Shown: one piece after another, positions 58,478 to 64,000 of the stretch | Layout: every line of letters begins with the position of its first letter | Numbering within the stretch: position 1 is the first letter of the stretch | The notes under the pieces: generated by a model | What the model was told of the DNA's origin: nothing | Seen by the model: only the letters and a program-made list of their open reading frames with translations | Databases searched by the model: none | Origin: Alphaproteobacteria bacterium | GTDB lineage: Bacteria; Pseudomonadota; Alphaproteobacteria; UBA7887 | Reading direction: 5' to 3' | DNA length: 64,000 bases | Assembly: GCA_965216755.1 (NCBI GenBank) | Contig: CBDCGL010000011.1 | Location: forward strand, 1,536,001 to 1,600,000 | Position numbers and translations under genes: made by a program

Positions 58478-59474
58478 TCACTCTGAATGCAGCCTATCCA
58501 GGAAAGAATTAGCCCGAATTCGCCCATCGCCCAGCGCCTGATTGCCGAAAATCGGGTGATGTGGGGGGCCGTCGACGAAGTCACGGACAACAGGCGAAAG
58601 CAGCGCGCGCCGCTGCCAGGTCAGCAATTGGAGATCCGGTTGATTCAAACAAGGTAATCTGGTCGTAATAGCTTCGGACGCCGTAATAATTTTGTCTTCG
58701 ATCGCCCAATAAACTGCCGTTTTCTTGCGTTCAATTTCTTGACGACTATCAAGAAAAATTCGCGACCTTTCCAAAACGCTTTGGTTTATCTTTTCTTTCT
58801 CCGCAAATTGTAGATTGACAAAGTCCACGTGGCAGCCTTGCGGTAACCGCCGACCGTTAAGGCTTCCGGGGTCTGCTAACAGGCTGTCAGACAAGTAACA
58901 AATGATATGCGCGCCGCGCGTGGCGCCTTCCAAATCGTCTGTCGAAGCCGCGCGCCGCCGTATTCGATTGAGATGTGTCGCCAGACGCGTCGCCATCAGG
59001 CGACCAGGCCAGGACATTGACCACCGGTCGCACGCTGCAATGCGCCTCAACCAAGACCGCTGCTTGTGGTCCGGAGCCCATTACCAAGAGTCGCTGGCAG
59101 TCCGGTCGCGCAAGATGGCGCGCGGCCAGAGCCGAAGTTCCGGCGAGCCGGCGGGCCCGCGGCGCCGGCCCATCGATCATAGAAAGCAGTCGGCCGGTTG
59201 ACCGCTCGAAGAGCAAGAACACCGCCATATGTCGCGCGAGGCCCCGCGACGTATTGGACGGGAAATCCGTGCTCACCATCACCCCTAGGTCGCGTTGCCC
59301 GCGCCAAGCCGGGCGCGCGACGAGGGTACCGTCAGCGGCGGCGCCATGATCGCCAAGTTCAAACCGAGCCGGGTCCGGCGCATCCGCGCCACCCCGATAG
59401 GTTTCGCGCAACCCCTCCACCAAACTGGCGAAATCGAGGTACTCTTCTAATTCTGCGGCGGTGATAATGCGCAT
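58478..59474 (-). pseudogene. Frameshifted, divergent ornithine cyclodeaminase / mu-crystallin family gene
   Basis: N-half MRIITAAEL...SALAARHLARPD...GSGPQA; C-half in another frame DLEGATRGAHII...GCHVDFV...SRIFLDSR; shift near 58998. Confidence 0.72.
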
Positions 59475-59578
59475 GGGGCGCCTTCGCGTGCGACACGGGG
59501 ATGGGTCCGCCCGGCACCCGATATTGCGGCGCCAGGATCCGACACGGTACAACGGCGGGTACACAATGGAAGGCGTTC

Positions 59579-60745
59579 ATGGCTGATTCCAAACGTCAAC
59601 ATGGTGGCGCGCGCTCCACCGACAGTGACACCGCCAAGTCGAGGCCGCTCCTGTTGACACCCGGCCCTTTGACCACGTCGGAGCAGACCAAGCGCGCCAT
59701 GTTGCGCGACTGGGGGTCGCGCGACGAGGCTTTTATTGCTTTGACAGCACGAGTCTGCCGCCGATTGCTCTCTGTTGTCGGTGCCGCCGATCAGTTTGCC
59801 TGTGTTCCAATCCAAGGCAGCGGAACATTCGCGGTGGAAGCCATGCTTGGCACTTTGGTTCCTGCCGCCGGCAAGCTCTTGGTCGCCGCCAACGGCGCGT
59901 ATGGCCGACGCATGGCGTTGATTGGCGAAAAACTCGGCCGCGCCGTTCGGGTCGTCGCGACGCCGGAAGCGGAGCCGGTACGCCCTAGTCTGATCGAACA
60001 AGCATTGAACGACGATCCAGCTATCAGTCACGTCGCAGTTGTGCATTGCGAAACCACGACCGGCCTGCTCAACCCCATAGCGGAGATCGCGCGCGTGATC
60101 GCGGCACAGGATCGTGCGCTGTTAATCGATGCCATGAGTAGCTTCGGAGGGCTACCGCTGAGCGCAGCCACAATGCCGTTTCAGGCAATTGCGGCTTCAG
60201 CGAATAAATGTTTGGAAGGTGTTCCCGGTGTCGGCTTCGTGATCGCCAGGCGCGCCGCATTGGAGAGTGCAACGGATACCGCCCCATCCCTGAGCCTGGA
60301 TTTGGCTGACCAATGGCAAGGATTGAAGGCAAATGGTCAATGGCGGTTTACACCCCCGACCCATGTGGTCGCCGCACTCGACGCGGCGCTCGATCAGTTG
60401 GACGCCGAAGGCGGCGTAGAAGGCCGCCGGCGCCGCTACGAAACGAATTGCCAACGCCTGATCGCCGGCATGAGAGCCGCAGGTTTCGTCCCCTTGTTAG
60501 AGCAGGATATCCAAGCGCCGATCATCGTGACATTCCGTCGACCGCGTGATCCAGCCTATGAGTTCGAAAGATTCTATGGTGCGCTCGGGCGACGCGGAAT
60601 TGCGATCTATCCGGGCAAGCTGACGGACCGAGAAACTTTTCGTATCGGCTGCATTGGTGATATCACAACTGCCGACATTGACCGCGCCGTCGCGGCTGTT
60701 GGCGCGGCAATGGCTGAACTAGGGATGCAATCGGGCGCGCCTTAG
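59579..60745 (+). CDS. phnW: 2-aminoethylphosphonate-pyruvate transaminase
   Basis: LLTPGPLTTS; DWGSRD; HCETTTG; IDAMSSFG; SANKCLEGVPG; QWRFTPPTH. Confidence 0.93.
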   Translation: MADSKRQHGGARSTDSDTAKSRPLLLTPGPLTTSEQTKRAMLRDWGSRDEAFIALTARVCRRLLSVVGAADQFACVPIQGSGTFAVEAMLGTLVPAAGKLLVAANGAYGRRMALIGEKLGRAVRVVATPEAEPVRPSLIEQALNDDPAISHVAVVHCETTTGLLNPIAEIARVIAAQDRALLIDAMSSFGGLPLSAATMPFQAIAASANKCLEGVPGVGFVIARRAALESATDTAPSLSLDLADQWQGLKANGQWRFTPPTHVVAALDAALDQLDAEGGVEGRRRRYETNCQRLIAGMRAAGFVPLLEQDIQAPIIVTFRRPRDPAYEFERFYGALGRRGIAIYPGKLTDRETFRIGCIGDITTADIDRAVAAVGAAMAELGMQSGAP

Positions 60746-61122
60746 CTCACAGGGCCGCCGGCCTCTCGCCAAGCGGCGAAGCCGCCGGCTATATGGCAAA
60801 CATTGTCAATTCCCATATCGTCCAAGGTCTTCGCCGCCAAAGTCGAGCGTCCGCCCGAGGCGCAATAAAGCACCAACCGCTTGCCAGCCGAAAAAGCGGG
60901 ATTGTGCATGGGACTTTCGGCATCCGCTTGAAACTCCAAAAAACCCCGTGGCGCGGCCACAGAATTCGTAATTTGGCCGGCCTTCGCAGCCTCATCACTC
61001 TCGCGCACGTCGACAAACAAAACGTCGTCTCGACCGTGCAGTGCAATGGCCTCCTCGGCCGTGATCGTGTCAATGACCGCATCGGCCTCTGCCAACAACT
61101 GCTTGAATCCCTTTCCGGCCAT
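60742..61122 (-). CDS. Rhodanese-like domain protein
   Basis: FVDVRE; PRGFLEF; YCASGGRS; GGFAAW. Confidence 0.9.
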   Translation of the reverse strand: MAGKGFKQLLAEADAVIDTITAEEAIALHGRDDVLFVDVRESDEAAKAGQITNSVAAPRGFLEFQADAESPMHNPAFSAGKRLVLYCASGGRSTLAAKTLDDMGIDNVCHIAGGFAAWREAGGPVS

Positions 61123-61349
61123 GTGCGCCTCCCCCAATCTACCCTCGGTTGATTTGTTGCGCGGGCATAGCCGGATGGACCACAAATGTCAACGCGGCAA
61201 CGACAACTAGCACAACCCGTCTGGCTATTCATTACCAGACGAAGCAACTAGTCCATCTGTGCTTTGATCGATCCGCTGGTTGCTCTGCCCGTGCACGACA
61301 TAACCGCTCCGACGACCACTTCGCATGCCACGAATTGCAAAGATGTACC

Positions 61350-62219
61350 ATGTTTCGAAATGACATTCTCGCAGGCAAAAGAATCTTGGTAACTGGTGGT
61401 GGTACCGGGCTCGGGCGTTGCATGAGCGAACGCTATCTCGAACTCGGGGCGTCCGTAGTCACTTGCGGGCGGCGTAAACGGCTGTTGGACGACAGCGCCG
61501 CCGACATGATGTCCAGTATTGGCGGCACTGTCGAAACACACCACTGTGATATTCGCGTCGCCGACCGTGTCGACGAAATGGTTGAGGAGATCTTGCGGGG
61601 CAGCCCCCTCGACGGCCTCGTCAGCAACGCCGCCGGCAAATTCATCGCCCAAACCAAAGACCTGAGCCCGCGTGGTTTCGATGCCATCGCCAATATCGTT
61701 CTACATGGCACATTTTACATGACCCAGGCCTGCGGCAAGCGTTGGATCAATGACGGGTGTGCAGCCAGTGTCGTGAGCATTGTGACCACGTGCGTGTGGA
61801 CAGGTTCCGCCTATGTCGTCCCGTCGGCCATGTCGAAGCCGGCGTCACCGCAATGACACAAAGCCTGGCCGTGGAACGGGGGCCGTATGGAATCCGTCTC
61901 AACACCATAGCACCTGGTCCCGTTCCGACGGAGGGCGCGCGGCAACGCCTGAACTCCATTCCGAAATTCGAACGCAACTATGCAGAGACCGTACCGCTTG
62001 GCCGCGCCGGCGCGGATCTCGAACTCGCAAATCTGACGACGTTCTTGATGACCGACGGTTGCGACTATCTCACCGCCGCGGTGATCCCTATCGATGGCGG
62101 CCAATGGATGAGCGGACCCAGCACGTTCGCCGGATTGCGCGCTCAGCGCGGAAGAGTGGACCGAAGTCGGCGAGTCCATCCGCGCCGCCAATGCCCACGA
62201 CAAGGCCCAGCGCGACTGA
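61350..62219 (+). pseudogene. SDR oxidoreductase (2,4-dienoyl-CoA reductase-like) with two frameshifts
   Basis: TGGGTGLG; frameshifts near 61838 (SAMSK|AGV) and 62140 (FAGLR|LSAEEW). Confidence 0.82.
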
Positions 62220-62221
62220 GT

Positions 62222-62935
62222 CTATTCTTTGATTTTTCCTGACTCGATCATCGCTTGTTTGATCGACGCGGCGTTGGCGCCGGGGGCATTGGCCGCATCC
62301 AAGACCACCCGTTCACGCCGCGCCATCAGATCGGCGGCGGCCGGCACATCACGCGCGACGCCGATGGGCATGGCGACAGCACCGTGACGATCAGCATGCA
62401 CGACATCATCCGGATAAGCGACCATCCCCGCGACGTTCACCTCTGTCCCAAAATCGACCACATGGATAAAGCCATGGCTGGGTGTTACCGCCGCGGCGAT
62501 CGCCTGGAAACCTTCCGCGAATTCGCCCAAGTCGCGTATACCACCGTTTGTGACAGTACCGATACAGCCGAGCGCGCGGTGAATGTTGCTGTTCACCTCA
62601 CCCCAAAAACAGCCATGCCCCGCCTGACCGTCATCAAGATCCTGGACGACGCTGACACTGGGTCGCGGCCCGTTTTCCAAATAATCCAAATATCCGAACC
62701 GCCGCTCACGTTGTTCGGCAGGCGAGTCGTTCGACGGTCTGTAGGCGCGCACCGTCGCTGTGCGCGCGTAACCGACAATTGACCCCAATTCAGGACGCAA
62801 GCAAAACAGATTTTGCGTGGTGAATCCGTATGCGCGGCGCTCCGGCACCACGAGTTCGATCGCGTTGCATACGGTGGGCGTATCCAACGCACGCAACGCC
62901 GACAATTCGGCTTCGGTTAACAGATCTTTGGTCAA
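62222..62935 (-). CDS. RraA / HMG aldolase family protein
   Basis: DTPTVCNAIE; VGYARTA; FWGEVN; TNGGIRD; HADRHG. Confidence 0.88.
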   Translation of the reverse strand: MTKDLLTEAELSALRALDTPTVCNAIELVVPERRAYGFTTQNLFCLRPELGSIVGYARTATVRAYRPSNDSPAEQRERRFGYLDYLENGPRPSVSVVQDLDDGQAGHGCFWGEVNSNIHRALGCIGTVTNGGIRDLGEFAEGFQAIAAAVTPSHGFIHVVDFGTEVNVAGMVAYPDDVVHADRHGAVAMPIGVARDVPAAADLMARRERVVLDAANAPGANAASIKQAMIESGKIKE

Positions 62936-62997
62936 AGCATCGTCCCCTTAGTTCAATTGTTGATTGATTGTTTTTGCCCTATTAGATCTCTCACTAC

Positions 62998-64000
62998 CTA
63001 AGAGAACTGACCATGATAGGCCTGGTCAAGAAGCGCGCGGACATTTTCTGTCGTCATCGGGCGTGGATTTTGTTTTGTGGTTTCCATCGTCAAACGCCCA
63101 ACATTATCCAACGCTGTCGCGTCGAGCCCCAACGCTTGCAAGCTGGTCGGCAGCCCCATTTCGACGACGAGAGCGCGCAGCCCATGGGCCGCATCATCCA
63201 CGCCGAGAGCGCGCGCCACAATCGCGATCGCATCGACGGCCGCAGGTTCGTTATAGCGCACCACATAGGGCAACATTACGGCATTCGCGTCACCATGGCC
63301 GATGCCATAGGTCCCGCCCAAGACATGGCATATTTTGTGATGTATGGCGATATCGGTCGAGCCCAAAGCGACACCAGCCAAATAGGCACCGCGCAAGGCA
63401 TTGGTCCGCGCATCGATATCGGCTGGGTCCGCCACCGCACGCGGTAACGCCGACGCCAGTGTTTCGATACCTTCTTCAGCCGCCAGGTCAGCGACCGGAT
63501 TCGCAGACGGGGCATATAGCGCCTCGACGCAATGGGCGAGCGCGTTCATTCCGGTGGTCGCTGTCGCGTGTGCCGGCAAGCCGACTGTCAATGCCGGATC
63601 GTAAATCACCAATTGCGATAGGATCCGCGGGCTGCCAGTCGTCCGTTTGACGCCATCGCGCGTGATCCCCACGATCGCCGTCATCTCAGACCCAGCATAC
63701 GTCGTCGGCACGGCCACTTGGCGTACATCGCACGTTAGTGCGACCGCTTTCGCCAGTCCCACGGGCGAGCCGCCGCCAAGCCCGATCACCCCATCAGCTC
63801 TGACTTCGCGGGCGATCGCGCGCACCTGCTCGGCTTGTTCGATGGGTACGTGCGGCAAAGCCTCCGCGAATGTGGCGACATGCAGTGGGCCAAGAGATTC
63901 TGACACTTGCGACGCGAGTGCCGCGCGACCTGACGAGGAAATGACCAACGCACGGGTAACGCCGAGTGCCTTAATTTCGTCCGCAATCGTGTCAATGGCG
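62998..64000 (-). CDS. Maleylacetate reductase / iron-containing alcohol dehydrogenase (5' end outside window)
   Basis: GGGSPVGLAKA; PTTYAGSE; NALAHCVEALY; HHKICHVLGG; frame open to the window edge. Confidence 0.88.
   Translation of the reverse strand, partial: AIDTIADEIKALGVTRALVISSSGRAALASQVSESLGPLHVATFAEALPHVPIEQAEQVRAIAREVRADGVIGLGGGSPVGLAKAVALTCDVRQVAVPTTYAGSEMTAIVGITRDGVKRTTGSPRILSQLVIYDPALTVGLPAHATATTGMNALAHCVEALYAPSANPVADLAAEEGIETLASALPRAVADPADIDARTNALRGAYLAGVALGSTDIAIHHKICHVLGGTYGIGHGDANAVMLPYVVRYNEPAAVDAIAIVARALGVDDAAHGLRALVVEMGLPTSLQALGLDATALDNVGRLTMETTKQNPRPMTTENVRALLDQAYHGQFS

Overview
GC-rich alphaproteobacterial chromosome segment. Bases 1-28.7 kb hold the conserved minus-strand transcription/translation supercluster: tRNA-Tyr, tRNA-Gly, tuf, tRNA-Trp, secE-nusG, rplKAJL, rpoBC, the str operon, the S10 and spc operons, and a partial secY. 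Its main anomaly is a 72-aa in-frame insertion in RpoB, resembling a bacterial SH3 domain, just after the gate loop. Next come rlmB, a hypothetical gene, putA and tRNA-Thr(TGT). An accessory region follows the tRNA: an IS481-like end remnant, an intact IS2-group (IS3 family) element with a 5-bp target duplication, a SIR2-like DUF4917 gene, a halohydrin dehalogenase, a 2OG-Fe(II) oxygenase and a secreted Gly/Asn 14-mer repeat protein. The rest contains a trehalose locus with two otsA paralogs, a small secreted 4-Cys protein, OsmC-hydrolase, rhomboid, thioredoxin-like protein, the AmmeMemoRadiSam trio, an IS5 remnant, a Crp/Fnr regulator with tandem CRP-like boxes downstream, phnW, rhodanese, two frameshifted genes, RraA and a partial maleylacetate reductase. 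All calls come from reading motifs by eye; no database searches were run.
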